From Macrostomum lignano (lineage: Eukaryota), in the NCBI GenBank assembly GCA_002269645.1, contig NIVC01000208.1, positions 62,001 through 126,000 of the forward strand: 64,000 nt of DNA, written 5' to 3'. Position numbers and translations under genes: made by a program. Positions 41,276-53,855 of the stretch are shown in pieces. The notes beneath the pieces are model-generated. The model saw only the letters and a program-made list of their open reading frames with translations. It searched no databases and had not been told where the DNA came from. How positions within the stretch are numbered: position 1 is the first letter of the stretch; each line of letters starts with the position of its first letter.

Positions 41276-42351
41276 CTTGGCTACTTGTATGGGATTCTTT
41301 CTGTCCAGGGATGCTTGCTGTTCAGGGATTCTTGCAATCTGCAGGATGCTTGCTATCTGGGTGGATGCTTCTACAGTATCTAGGGATGCTTGCTATGTGC
41401 AGGTTGCTTGCTATCTGGGGTGAAGCTTGCTACGTGTATTAAGGGATGCTTGCTATCTGCTGTTGCTTACTTTTGGAGGGGGGTGCTTGCTATCTGGAGG
41501 GATACTTGCTGTCTTGGGAATATTTTCTATTTAGGTGGAATGTCTGTTATCTTTGTGAAAGCTATATTTTGTTGTCAGTTTGTTAATTTTAGAAAAAAAA
41601 GGGATTCATAGCAAATATCATTGTCCGTGACAATTTTACATGAATAAGGTGATTTTTAAAAGTGAAGAAGGAATTGTTGTTTAACGCCAGTGATGCCTCT
41701 GCATGATAGGCAACTGTGTTGCCTTTGGGTAACAATATTTTTTGCTGTAGCTGCTTTTCCAGCCATTGCCGAGCGTACTGCTTGAACCGCTACAGAAGTA
41801 GTACGCTATTGCTTTGAAAGAATGCAAGTATGGTTGAATTGTCAGTTTTATAATTCTACACAAGCATGTTTTATTAGCACATAAGCCCCAGAATTAAAAT
41901 GAGAATTCGATTCCTAGCCCCCCTCCCTAAGAATTCTTTTCATTTTAAAGGATTCGTCCCTTGCTTATTGGCCACCCCGAAGGGGGGCGCTAGATTGCTA
42001 GTCCTAACTATAGCTCTTCCCTAGAGCTATAACTATAATTTTTGGGAATCCAGACAGAATTATTTAAGATTTTCGCTTCAGATGATAAAATTCAACTTCG
42101 GTAGCAACAGCAAATTTGTTCGGACATTCTGCCTTGAGACGGAACGTCCTGGCAATTACCTGGTTTTATAATATCGATTGATATTAAGATATTAAAAATC
42201 AGCTTTAAGGGGTTTACAAAAGAAAAAAGAAAAATCTACAAATTTTCAATTCGTCTAATTTTTTAGTCAAAAACGTAAATTTTTTTCGCATTAATTTAAA
42301 TTCGAACATTTTCAGTAAAGATTTAATATGGACTTAAGCATACTTAGATAC

Positions 42352-42880
<529 letters not shown>

Positions 42881-43585
42881 CGAAACCTAGGTTTTCAGGC
42901 AGAAAAGCTGGATAAAACTGCGTGGGTGCCAACTGCAGTGCACCGATCAGGTTCCACAAAGTAAATTTAGAGTGTGGAAATTGACAAACGTAGGGCTGCA
43001 GGTGGAGAATAGAAAAATTAATACTAGATATGCTTTTTCTAGGAAGTAAAATGGCTTGTCGAAATTTGAGAAAGCTCTGGAAGATTCGCAGGCTTATGAC
43101 AGCAGTGCGATTTTACTGATTATATCTTCATGATAGCAGTTAAACCATAAAGCAGAAAATTCAGCTTATCTGCCAGAATAAATAGACAGAGGAAAATACC
43201 CGGAAACCCAGAGTCTGCTACTTAAACTGACTATATGATGCACTTGACTTGGTCTTTTGGTAACCCTGATTTGGCTGATCGCCACTTGAATTGAATATGT
43301 CGAACTTGAAATGAGTTACGAGCGTATTTATGAGCTTATTAAGTTGGCTATTTTGCTACTTTTTCTACTAGTCCGTTCGATGATTAAAGAATAAAAAATG
43401 GATTTCAACAAAAGTACGCATGTAAAGTACTTTTTTGTAGGTAAGGAATACCAGCCTCTCCTGCATTACCTAGAAATGTGACACCGGAAATATGAACAGA
43501 TAACCTACCAATATTAAATTAAAATCAAATTGATGAACTTTATATTATCAAAGATTTTTCTCTTGAAAACATCTCGAAGAACATA

Positions 43586-43659
43586 CTGACGCAGTCCAGG
43601 GGTCTCCACAGCGCCAAATACTGAGCGGCAGTAGCCAGATACCAAGTGCCGTCTCGCTT
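43586..43659 (-). pseudogene. P7: isolated 74-bp fragment of the PAN exon
   Basis: Matches the [25 protein letters not shown]-coding segment with a few substitutions. Confidence 0.75.
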
Positions 43660-43802
43660 TAGTGCAAATCAGGCATTCTGATTCAGTGACTTTGTTTTTG
43701 CAATCTTATTTCCCAAAGTCTCAGCCTACTGCTGGTATATTGTTAACGAAATTTGAACGCCTTTCTAGATTAATGTTTGATACTGTGCTGTAGCCTAGCC
43801 TA

Positions 43803-44119
43803 GGGGGTTGTAGCTTAGCGGTTAAAGCGTCGGAATCACGACTTTAAGGTCGCGGGTTCGATTCCCGATTTCACTGGGACAATTCGTGTCCTTGAGAAAG
43901 ACACTTAACTCTGCATTGCTTCAGTTCACCCAGCTGTAAAATGGGTGCCAGCATTAGCTGGGGTACGCTCGTAATTGAGGCTGTGTGGGGCGACCCCCAG
44001 TCCTTGGAATGAACAGCCGTACGCAGCCTTCAGATGCGCCGCGCAATAGCTGCGGCTGAGCTGTCGGTTGCACATCTGGCCCAATCGGGGCAGGTGTAAT
44101 CAATTATTATTAATTATTA
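43803..44119 (+). mobile_element. tRNA-derived SINE with a CORE-like central domain
   Basis: A box TAGCTTAGCGG (43811), B box GGTTCGATTCC (43855), CORE-like GTGTCCTTGAGAAAGACACTTAAC..CAGCTGTAAAATGGG, and a (TTA)-type tail. No paired acceptor stem, so not a tRNA gene. No TSD seen. Confidence 0.7.
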
Positions 44120-44780
44120 CTCGTGTTATATTTATAATGATGATAATAGTAATGAATTGATAATACGTACATCACCCCCCTGCCCCGCGTTGTCGTTGAA
44201 ACCCCCCTTTCTTTTGATTGGCTGAGGTTTGTTACATATTGTATTTTTGACCCTCTGGCGTGTCGCGATTGGCTTGGGGTGGATTGTTTGCGCTAATGCT
44301 GTCTGGCGTGGGACCCTAGGGCTTACGCCAGGCAGCCTAAATATAATGAGAATCGCTGGCGGGGAGCAGGGGGGCGCGCGGTCCTGCAACTCAAACTAGG
44401 CCATCAATAGAATACCTTCTACCGAAAACTATCCACTAGCTAATCACGCAACCTGCTCTCCGCTGAGTCGTGCATACACTGAATTGATCATCGCCAGTAA
44501 GTTCGCGTGTTTGAGTTACTACTTTCGGAACTGTGCTGGGCTTGGCAACAGTACTTGGGAAGTTTAGGGACGGACTTTCGACGCTTCTTGACGCGACCTC
44601 CGCTCAGGATCGAAGCTCAGTCCGGCCAGCGGATTGAAGCGAACCCGCTCAATGCTCAGAAGCGAACAATGCTCAGACGGCCTGTCACAACAAAAATATT
44701 TCATGTATACTTTTGTTTTAATTTTTATTCACGATATCTACAGCTTGCCTACTAACGAGTAGTATGTCAAACTCTTAGCG

Positions 44781-45185
44781 ATGAAGCCATTGTTGCGAAT
44801 CTGCTGCCTGCTCAGCCTGCTGTCCGTCGCGTCCGGCGTCTGCGTCTGCTTCCGCGTCGTCTACGGTTGCCCCGGAAACGTGACCGACCTGTCTCGGAGT
44901 TCGAAATTCTTGCACCTGCTCGGTGGAGTGCGCGGTGCAACCCAACTGCACCGCCGTGTTCAAGCGAGACGGCACCTGCTATCTGGCCACTGCCGCTCAG
45001 TATGAGGCGCTGTGGAGACCCCTGGACTGCATCAGCGTGGTTTTTTTCTGCTTTATGGTAAACTTTTTTCATAAATAAACACAACTAATACCAGTTCATC
45101 CGATTGTCTTTTTAGGTAGTAGATTAACGGCCGACCTCTGCTAAGAATTCGAGCATGAAGTCTGTGGCTGATCAATTGCCCCCGC
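44781..45185 (+). pseudogene. P6: inverted PAN gene, frameshifted
   Basis: Signal MKPLLRICCLLSLLSVASG is intact. About 8 nt are deleted after DLS, the donor is lost, and the exon 2 relic (TTTTTAG/GTA GTA GAT TAA) has a stop and is interrupted by a foldback element. Confidence 0.75.
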
Positions 45186-45764
45186 GGGGTGCCCTTGAAT
45201 TTAGTAACCGAAATTTAGTAACCGTGAATTTAGTACCGCCTGAATTTAGTACTGCCTGAATTTAGTACCGCCTGAATTTAGTACCGCCTGAATTTAGTAC
45301 TGCCTGAATTTAGTACCGCTTGAATTTAGTACCGCCTGAATTTAGTAATGCTTGAATTTAGTAACGCAACAAATGGTGCAGCTGAGAGATATTCCCTATG
45401 TATTAGTACAATACTAATACATTAGTACTATACTAGTGTATTATACATAGTATACATGCATAGTATAATACATAGTATAATACATTAGTATAGTACTTCC
45501 TGAAGGAAAGGAAGTGAATATGAAGTGAAGGAAAGTTCTATTGTTCTGCAACTTCACTATATATATATTATACATTAGTTTTATACATAATATATTTTGT
45601 GCCTACATATATGTGCGTTACTAAATTCAGGCGTTACTAAATTCAGGCGTTACTAAATTCAGGCGTTACTAAATTCAGGCGGTACTAAATTTAGGCGGTA
45701 CTAAATTCAGGCAGTACTAAATTCACGGTTACTAAATTTCGGTTACTAAATTCACATAGACCCC
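45186..45764. mobile_element. Foldback/MITE-like element with long inverted arms built from a 17-bp repeat (TGAATTTAGTACCGCC..)
   Basis: Left arm about 45186-45366 is the reverse complement of right arm about 45614-45764; GGGG..CCCC ends; AT-rich core. Superfamily and TSD not determined. Confidence 0.75.
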
Positions 45765-46104
45765 TTTCTAATCAGGTTCAACTGCCCTGCCCCCACGCTG
45801 ATTGCCTGAAATCTTGGGGGAAAAGCAACAACTAGAAGTCCCAGAAACATCCAGCGAAACATTGGTATTTTGATACGGTTTGGATCATAACCTGTTTTGT
45901 TAACAAATTCCAAACTCAACTTTACACAGGTCCCTTTGATTATGGTCAATAGACATTGCTAATCTTCCGCGTAGGCCCGTGAATGTAAAACTGCGCATGT
46001 CTATTCTGTTAAAAAGCGTTTAAAAGGTATAATAAATATAAGGTTACCGAGACTTCAGTCTTTTCCATGCATCAAATTCTATAAGGACTGTATTCTCAAA
46101 GCAT

Positions 46105-47174
46105 TCAAAAAGTGTCAGCTGTTGTTGGAGCAGTGTCAGCTGTTGTTGGAGCAGTGTCAGCTGTTGTTAGAGCAATGTCAGCTGTTGTTGGAGCAGTGTC
46201 AGCTGTTGTTAGAGCAATATCAGCTGTTGTTGGAGCAGTGTCAGCTGTTGTTGTAGCACTGTCAGCTGTTGTTGGAGTAGTGTCAGCTGTTGTTGTAGCA
46301 CTGTCAGCTGTTGTTGGAGTAGTGTCAGCTGTTGTTGTAGCACTGTCAGCTGTTGTTGGAGCAGTGTCAGCTGTTGTTGGAGCAGTGTCTGCTGTTGTTG
46401 GAGCAGTGTCAGCTGTTGTTGGAGCAGTGGTTGAGGCGGGAGCAGTGGTGGTGGTTGAGGCTGGAGCAGTGGTTGAGGCTGGAGCAGTGGTTGAGGCTGG
46501 AGCAGTGGTTGAGGCTGGAGCAGTGGTTGAGGCTGGAGCAGTGGTTGAGGCTGGAGCAGTGGTTGAGGCTGGAGCAGTGGTTGAGGCTGGAGCAGTGGTT
46601 GAGGCTGGAGCAGTGGTTGAGGCTGGAGCAGTGGTTGAGGCTAGAGCAGTGGTTGAGGCTGGAGCAGTGTCAGTCTCGGAACTTTTTTCCTCAGTAATCT
46701 TGGATAGAAGCCGATCCTCAACGACCTAAAAATGAGTGAAATTGACTCAAAAAATTCCGAAATCTCAACTTGTTTTAAAGAAATTGTTTCATTTGCAGGT
46801 AAAATACTTGTTGCATTACCCCAGCACGCACTTTTGCTTTTTTGCTGCAAAAATTATCTAAAAACAATTGAATCACAAGGCAAGAGATACCGACTGACCT
46901 CGCTGCTGCAGTCCAGGGGTCTCCACAGCGCCTCATACTGAGCGGCAGTGGCCAGATAGCAGGTGCCGTCTCGCTTGAACACGGCGGTGCAGTTGGGTCG
47001 CATTGCGCACTCCACAGAGCAGACGCGAGGGTCTCGAACTCCGTTGACCTGCGACACGTCGGTCACGTTTCCGGCGCAACCGTAGACGATGCGGAAGCGG
47101 ACGCAGACTCCGGACGCGAAGGACAGCAGGCTGAGCAGGCAGTAGGCCCGACCAAGCATACCGTAACGATTCAT
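46105..47174 (-). CDS. P4b: secreted PAN - (STTAPA)n - (PTTADTA)n mucin protein, about 298 aa; exons 46899-47174 and 46105-46725
   Basis: Signal MNRYGMLGRAYCLLSLLSFASG; 173-bp phase-0 intron; exon 2 is 621 nt and open (VVEDRLLSKITEEK..TTADTF*). Confidence 0.85.
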
Positions 47175-48150
47175 GTATGTGTAAGATTATTTTTCTTTAA
47201 CTAGATCTAGTGTATTAATTAATTGGGATAAACTGCATGTCGAACCTTACAGATTGAATGAGCGACTTTCGGCCGATGCTAGTAGCGAGAATTTAAAGCT
47301 TGCTGCAACGTTTAGGTTGAGCGAAACTTGTTTGCAGCGTTGTCTGGCATTCCTCTCTGAGCTTCGAAATGTATTTTTGGTCACGGATGCTGCTCTGTGC
47401 CTGTGCAGCATTGTCGCAACTGTCACACTGTAGGATTGGAGCGCATCATTTTCTGCTTGCTTAGAGAGGCGTGACAAGTAGCGCATGTCAATCCTGCAAA
47501 CATGCATTGGGTTTTCATTGTTTCCACTTGGTTATAGACAAAAGCATTAAAACAAAGGCAATACTCTAGCAACAAAAATATGAAATTTGGAGACTTGCTC
47601 TTGAAACTAACAAACAACTTTTTGCAAGAATTTCGTGCCCCTGATATAATTTCAATGCGTAAGCAAATACAGCAGCAGAAGCAGAAATTGACGTAGATTG
47701 TTTGCAAAGAAAAATACGAGCTAGTAGAAATTTCATTTTTGGCGAAAACTCAGAATTGCATACCCTTTTTTGTGATGATTCCTCATTTGCTTTGCCATAA
47801 ACCATTAACAAAAAAACTGCTAGAAGAAAATTTCTATCGTATGAGGTGTGACGTTGTTATCCGTCGATGTAATGTAAGAATACATATTTTTCATCGACGT
47901 CGATGTCGTCAAATTGCTGTACGGAAAAGTGGATGACATGATTTTGTTTTACCAAGATTGGGCTAAATTTGGGGAGCTCAAAAAACTAACATGGCATTTC
48001 GACCTGTCGGATATTTGATGTAACTCACTTTAGTAAGCTTGTTTTAAAGGCAAAGTCTGAATTACCTTTCGGAAGAAAATAATTTATAATACGTTTTTCC
48101 ATCCAATAACGTTAATTATCAAAAAACATTGCTCAATTACTTGTACTGGC

Positions 48151-48570
48151 ATGAAGCCATCGTCGCAGGCCAGCGTCTCCTACCGACTCCGCGTCGTCTC
48201 CGGTTGCCCCGGAAACGTGACCGACCTGTTTCAGGTTAACGGAACTCGAGACCCTCGCGTCTGCTCGGTGGAGTGCGCAGTGCGACCCAACTGCGCCGCC
48301 GTGTTCAAGCGAGACGTCACTTGCTATCTGGCCACTGCCGCTCAGTATGAGGCGCTGTGGAGACCCCTGGACTGCAGCAGCGAGGTCAGTCGGTCGCTCC
48401 GGCTTCTGTGTGATTTGAGTGATTCACTTGGGCAAGTATTCATTGTGAGACATTGAGCCAGTGCCTTTTTTGGTCGCTTAGGATCAGCTTCTTTCGGGTA
48501 TTACTTAGTGAATAACATTCAGTCTGAGACTGCTACCGCCCTGGAAACAGCCACTACTCGAGCTTCATCT
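48151..48570 (+). pseudogene. P5c: inverted PAN copy without signal peptide; decayed exon 2
   Basis: PAN exon is complete to LDCSSE/GTCAGT. The exon 2-like relic near 48465 (TTTTTGGTCGCTTAGGATCAGCTT) lacks the original AG acceptor. Confidence 0.7.
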
Positions 48571-50374
48571 AATAAGTGAGTTTGATCCGAACAAGCAATG
48601 TTTATCTTCCGTGCTCTGAAAGCCGAGCCTCCCTGGTAGCATGTATGTATTATTTTTGGCTTTATGCTTCCAGTTCCGGAGATTTCAGTTTTGGAGAGTT
48701 GTGTTCTGTAGATTCCATTTCAGCGGAAATGCATACACAAGTCAGCTTCAAAAGTACATGCATCTGATATCAGATAGGGTCAAATTGGTCTCTGCTAGAG
48801 CGTCCTTAGATCCGTGCATGTACAACCAAAGATCGCCCCGTTCTGTCACTAAGTTCAAAGCAAAACTCTCGATGTAGCCTGGGACATCTTCAAACAGCAT
48901 GGTGAATAGCATTTAGCTCATATTTCTCACTGTGGATCCCCGACAACTGAAACAGAAGAAGCAGAAGAGGAAATAGGAAAACAAAGAAGAGAAGACAGAG
49001 AACCGGGCCGGATAGCTATTGTGAAATTTCAAAGAGCCGAGGGCCGGATATAGAGAAGCTTTGCAGCCCGGAGTTGGCCGACCTTGCATTAGTAAGATAG
49101 AAAGTTTTCAGTTTTTAGTTTTAAACTAGCAATCTGCTTGGGAGGCAACAAAGAAAAGAATAAAATTTCTTGAATAGGCTGCGTGTCAGGTTCGAGTTAA
49201 GCGCTGCAAAGTCTGCATGCTTATGGCAGTAGTGTGATTTCATTTCACAAAAGCGACGCTCTGCAGAAATGTTTACCAATGCAGAAAAGACGAACTATAT
49301 ATCTTCTTGGTAGTAATCAAACAAGCTATGAAGTGCTCTATGAAGTAAATCGCTTTGCCAACGAAAAAATCTCTCTGATCGACGGCCGCCTTTTATTAGA
49401 AGCAGGGTGCTTGCATTTTCCCATTCCGCCGACTCCCCTGCGCAGGCAGACAAGCGCGTGGAATTGTACCTAGTCATATGAACAGACACACACACACACA
49501 AGTGTGCAGAAGTAGAATTATCGCTGCTTGTCACGATTGGGTTGTCACCATATTGACATCCGATTGATTTATTGTATTGTTCTATGCTATTGTAGAAAAC
49601 ACATTCAACTTGACAGTTTGCGTGGATGCTGCTGAAAACTCCCACTGAAATCCTTCAAACTGCAGCGAACTGAAACAATAGGCTGAAAAATCAGAACGCC
49701 TGAAGCCTCAGCTGAAATTTGGCAATCGGGAACTACAACAGCTAGTGAAGCAAAGCTGCTGCCGTGCCAAGTGTTGAAACATTTTTACCACTTTTTTTCA
49801 CTGAAAGCTTCCTGCATCAATGAAGTTCCCTGTTCACGCGAAAATATTTTGTTGGCCTCCATAAGAGTTTTTTAATTTTCCAACAAAAATTCCCAAAGAA
49901 TTCTGTTCCGCATAAAAGCTGTGTCAGGTTGGTCGGTAATTTTTCCCTTTTCACTCCTTCGAGCAACATTTTAACGTAATTGACGTCCGCCGGCTCGTCG
50001 CTGGCAAATGGGTATTTTTACAAATGCCGACAGATAACGACGTTATACAGCGGCTCAAGGTTCAGCGAAATGCAGAAGTTCTCATTTACCAGCAACTTTG
50101 TTTAGCCGTCAAAAAAGTTGTTCGAATTCGCCAACATTGAATTGGGTTGCCATATTTTTGAACAATGCGATATAACGACACCAACTCGACTTCCCATGGC
50201 TACTACGTCGAGCATATATTTAATATTTCTGACCGTTTTAAACAATCTATGCAGTCATGAAATTGATTCGACGGTGACTGTATATTAAATTCTCCCAATG
50301 CAACTGACCCAATGGAAAACGGATAACTAAAGTCTAATCAACCGAACATAGAACCTTATTGTCTGCGACGAAAG

Positions 50375-51763
50375 TCAAGGGCATGTGCCAGCGGACCAGC
50401 TTGTACCGGGAGAGCACTGCCTCTGAATGTACTTAAAGTTGGAGCATTGCATATAATGAACATCACTGCTGCAATGCTGCTGGTATTCGCCTTCGATCCC
50501 GCAGTATTGATCTGCTGATGCGCACGCAGTGCTGCTTGCTGAAGCAGTGGTTGAGACTGGAGCAGTGGTTGAGACTGGAGCAGTGGTTGAGGCTGAAGCA
50601 GTGCTTGAGGCTGGAGCAGTGGTTGGGGCTGAAGCAGTGGCGGTGATTAAGGCTGGAGCAGTGGTTGAGGCTGGAGCAGTGGTTGAGGCTGGAGCAGTGG
50701 TTGAGACGGGAGCAGTGGTTGAGGCTGGAGCAGTGGATGAGACGGGAGCAGTGGTTGAGGCTGGAGCAGTGGATGAGACGGGAGCAGTGGTTGAGGCTGG
50801 AGCAGTGGCGGTGGTTGAGGCTGGAGCAGTTGTTGAGGCTGGAGCAGTGGCAGTGGTTGAGGCTGGAGCAGTGGCAGTGGTTGAGGCTGGAGCAGTGGCA
50901 GTGGTTGAGGCTGGAGCAGTGGCAGTGGTTGAGGCTGGAGCAGTGGCAGTGGTTGAGGCTGGAGCAGTGGCAGTGGTTGAGGCTGGAGCAGTGGCGGTGG
51001 TTGAGGCTGGAGCAGTGGCGGTGGTTGAGGCTGGAGCAGTGGCGGTGCTTGAGGCTGGAGCAGTGGCAGTGGTTGAGGCTGGAGCAGTGGCAGTGGTTGA
51101 GGCTGGAGCAGTGGCAGTGGTTGAGGCTGGAGCAGTGGCAGTGGTTGAGGCTGGAGCAGTGGTGGTGGTTGAGGCTGGAGCAGTGGCGGTGCTTGAGGCT
51201 GGAGCAGTGGTGGAGACAGAGTCAGTCTCAGCACTTTTTCCCTCAGTAGTGGTGGATAGAAGCCGACCCTCAACGACCTAAAAAAAGAGCGGCATTGGCT
51301 TGAAGCGTATCGAGTTTTATCTTTGTTTAATAGACATTGCTTTATACAAGTTGTTCTAGGAAATTTCAATCCAATAATTTTTGCATTCGCTCAGTCTGCA
51401 GTTTTGATTGTTATGTTGCCCCATTTGCCTCAAATCACCCAAAAACAATTTTTAATCACAAAGCAAGATAGACCGACTGACCTCGCTGACGCAGTCCAGT
51501 GGTCTCCACAGCGCCTCATACTGAGCGGCAGTGGCCAGATAGCAAGTGCCGTCTCGCTTGAACACGGCGGTGCAGTTGGGTCGCACTGCGCACTCCACAG
51601 AGCAGACGCGAGGGTCTCGAACTCCGTTAACCCGAAACAGGTCGGTCAGGTTTCCGGTGCAACCCGAGACGACGCGGAAGCGGACGCAGACTCCGGACGC
51701 GACGGACAGCAGGCTGAGCAGGCAAGAGGCCACAGACAGCATTCTGTGATGTGGCAGGTGCAT
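50375..51763 (-). CDS. P1c: PAN - long mucin stalk - 5-Cys module, about 394 aa; exons 51482-51763 and 50375-51277
   Basis: Exon 2 is 903 nt and open; C-terminal module as in P1a. Confidence 0.85.
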
Positions 51764-52738
51764 CTTCTGAGATGTAAGGATTGAACTTTCGGTATGAATG
51801 GAGGCGGAGTTTTTAGAAGAGCTAATTAGATTTTTAATTTAATTAACGTGTGTTTAATGTGTCGGCTGCTTCTTGTGTGTCGATGGAATTGAAGAAAAAT
51901 ATGTCCACATTATGCTTTAAGCGGAAAACCTCAGTTTTATATTAGCTTTTTGATTGGCGTTTTACCGAGCAAAAGTTCTACGATTGGCTAAGGTTTGCGG
52001 ACTTTCCGTTAGAGTACCAAAATCTCTTGTACGAGGTATGTTTTATTTGAATCAATTTCTCATATCGAATCGGCAGTTCTTAATGCCTGCTTTCCTTGAT
52101 ATTTTATGGCAGGGTGGAATTTTAGTATTGGGAAGGCAACGTATTGCGTGGTTATTTTTTTTTAAAATCTGATAGTTAGGCCGGCTGTCCAATCAGTAGA
52201 TCGATTCACATTTTTATCAAGCTAATGTTTTTATGTGAAGTTATGTGAACTATGCAAACTACTGCAGGGAAATTTCCTGGAAAGGAAGCAAATCAGAGCA
52301 AGTGCGCACGAAACTTGGCCGGGCGGGGGTTTGTCGTGCGTTTCAAATCAATCAGGACCAACCCCCAAGGCACAGTATTGGCTCGCTTGTGGCTCGGACC
52401 ACTTCAAATTCTCAAATTCTGTCTTTATTTCAGAATTTCGTCTGAAAACTGCTCTCGTTTTAATACAATGAAATATTTGTTTCATGTTTAGTTGAGTCAT
52501 GTCGAAGTTGAGATATCAATCTGGTGCTAAAAAGCGGTCAGAGAAAAGACAGCGAAAAGCGGTTTGAATGCAGTGTAGCCTCCCTTTAATTATTTGATTT
52601 GTCCAGTAGTGTATTTGCTAGAATCAATGACCAGCTGACTTTCTAACTTGTATGAGAGCTTTTGTGAATGGAAATTCTCGTATTTTTTTAATTTCTTATC
52701 CATGTAGAAATATGTGTCCATTTCGTGGGCTAGATTTG

Positions 52739-52749
52739 TATATGTAGTG
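52739..52749. other. Empty (pre-insertion) site of the gypsy element
   Basis: Single TATATGTAGTG between flanks that match both sides of the element in units 1 and 2. Confidence 0.85.
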
Positions 52750-53855
52750 TAAATTCCATTTAAGTATATAAAACTTTTCAGGCAAGATGAATAGAAATCG
52801 TCTACTGTAGAGTAGAAACTATTGACTGTCGTGTCTTTAATATTGCTTTAGTCACTCTCCTGTTGACTGGTATCATGTTTTAGTTTATGGATGTTAATTT
52901 CCTGCAGACGTTAATCACGGAACAACAACCAGAGTAATGCTGGTCGTAGTCCTTGAAGACAGATCTATTTTTGGAATTTTATAGGTAAAACCGTGAAATA
53001 TCCAACTGGCAAACACGACCCTACACCAAGACTGTAATTTTTATCATTGTTTCCATACTTGTAGCATGCAACTACATGTAGAATCAAGTCTTCGCAGAGA
53101 CAAAACGCTTCCTGGTCGATTTGGAAAGCCTCGAAACACCAAGCGACCCGTGAGTCGGCACCAAACGTCGAGGGCATCCAACGACAGCTGGATAAGCATA
53201 AATTCCTGATGTGACAAGTCTCCGTCTGGTCATCTCAGAGCAAAAGTCTGTAGTGATGTGCGTGCCAATCGAAATTGAGGTTGCAGTTTTGCGCTAGGCG
53301 CTGATGCACAGGCGACTGAACTTGCAAAGTTTAGAAATATTTAAAAGTAGCATAAATAGCTGCTTCATAAAGCATTGGCTTTTTTATATACAAAAGGAAT
53401 CAACCTCATGCGCAAGGGGAATGCTGTACCAGTGCATTTTGCTTGAAGCGTGTGTCAACAACTGAAGCGGAAGAGTTTAAACATTTGAGTGTCCATCAAT
53501 CAGTGAATAAATCGATTTTCTTCTATTCTAGCAAAAAAGACAGAAATGCAGTGAATAGGAGAAAACAGCTTAAGGAATTCAACTCAGCCATTTTTTTTGA
53601 CGGCAGTTTGAAATCTTGAGTAGCTTCTTATTTGAATTGAGAGAAGCATTCATGACATCATCATTGCCCACCTCTTTCAAACTTTTGAGAACTAAAGCAA
53701 ATAAAAAGATGGAAACCAGACATCTCTACAGCAGATGCTATCATCGAAGGTGCATGCTAATTTTCCTTGACTAAAATTTCGAAAACAAGTTCGGCATTAT
53801 TCATTTTTGCTGATCACTTGAATCTTGTCGTAGTTAATTTGTAGTTTTCCTTTGA

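Larger units (their letters stand above)
38106..42001 (+). mobile_element. Non-autonomous Helitron (3896 bp) filled with minisatellites
   Basis: 5' TC terminus followed by AAAATGGCTGGACCGATTTTG; 3' GC hairpin at 41971-41988, then CTAG at 41998-42001. Inserted between A and T with no TSD, and absent at the equivalent site in unit 1 (16486). Confidence 0.8.

Noticed and set aside
44340-44400. Possible second Helitron 3' end (GC-rich hairpin then CTAG)
   Set aside because: The stem is weak, the next base is not T, and no matching 5' end or empty site was found.
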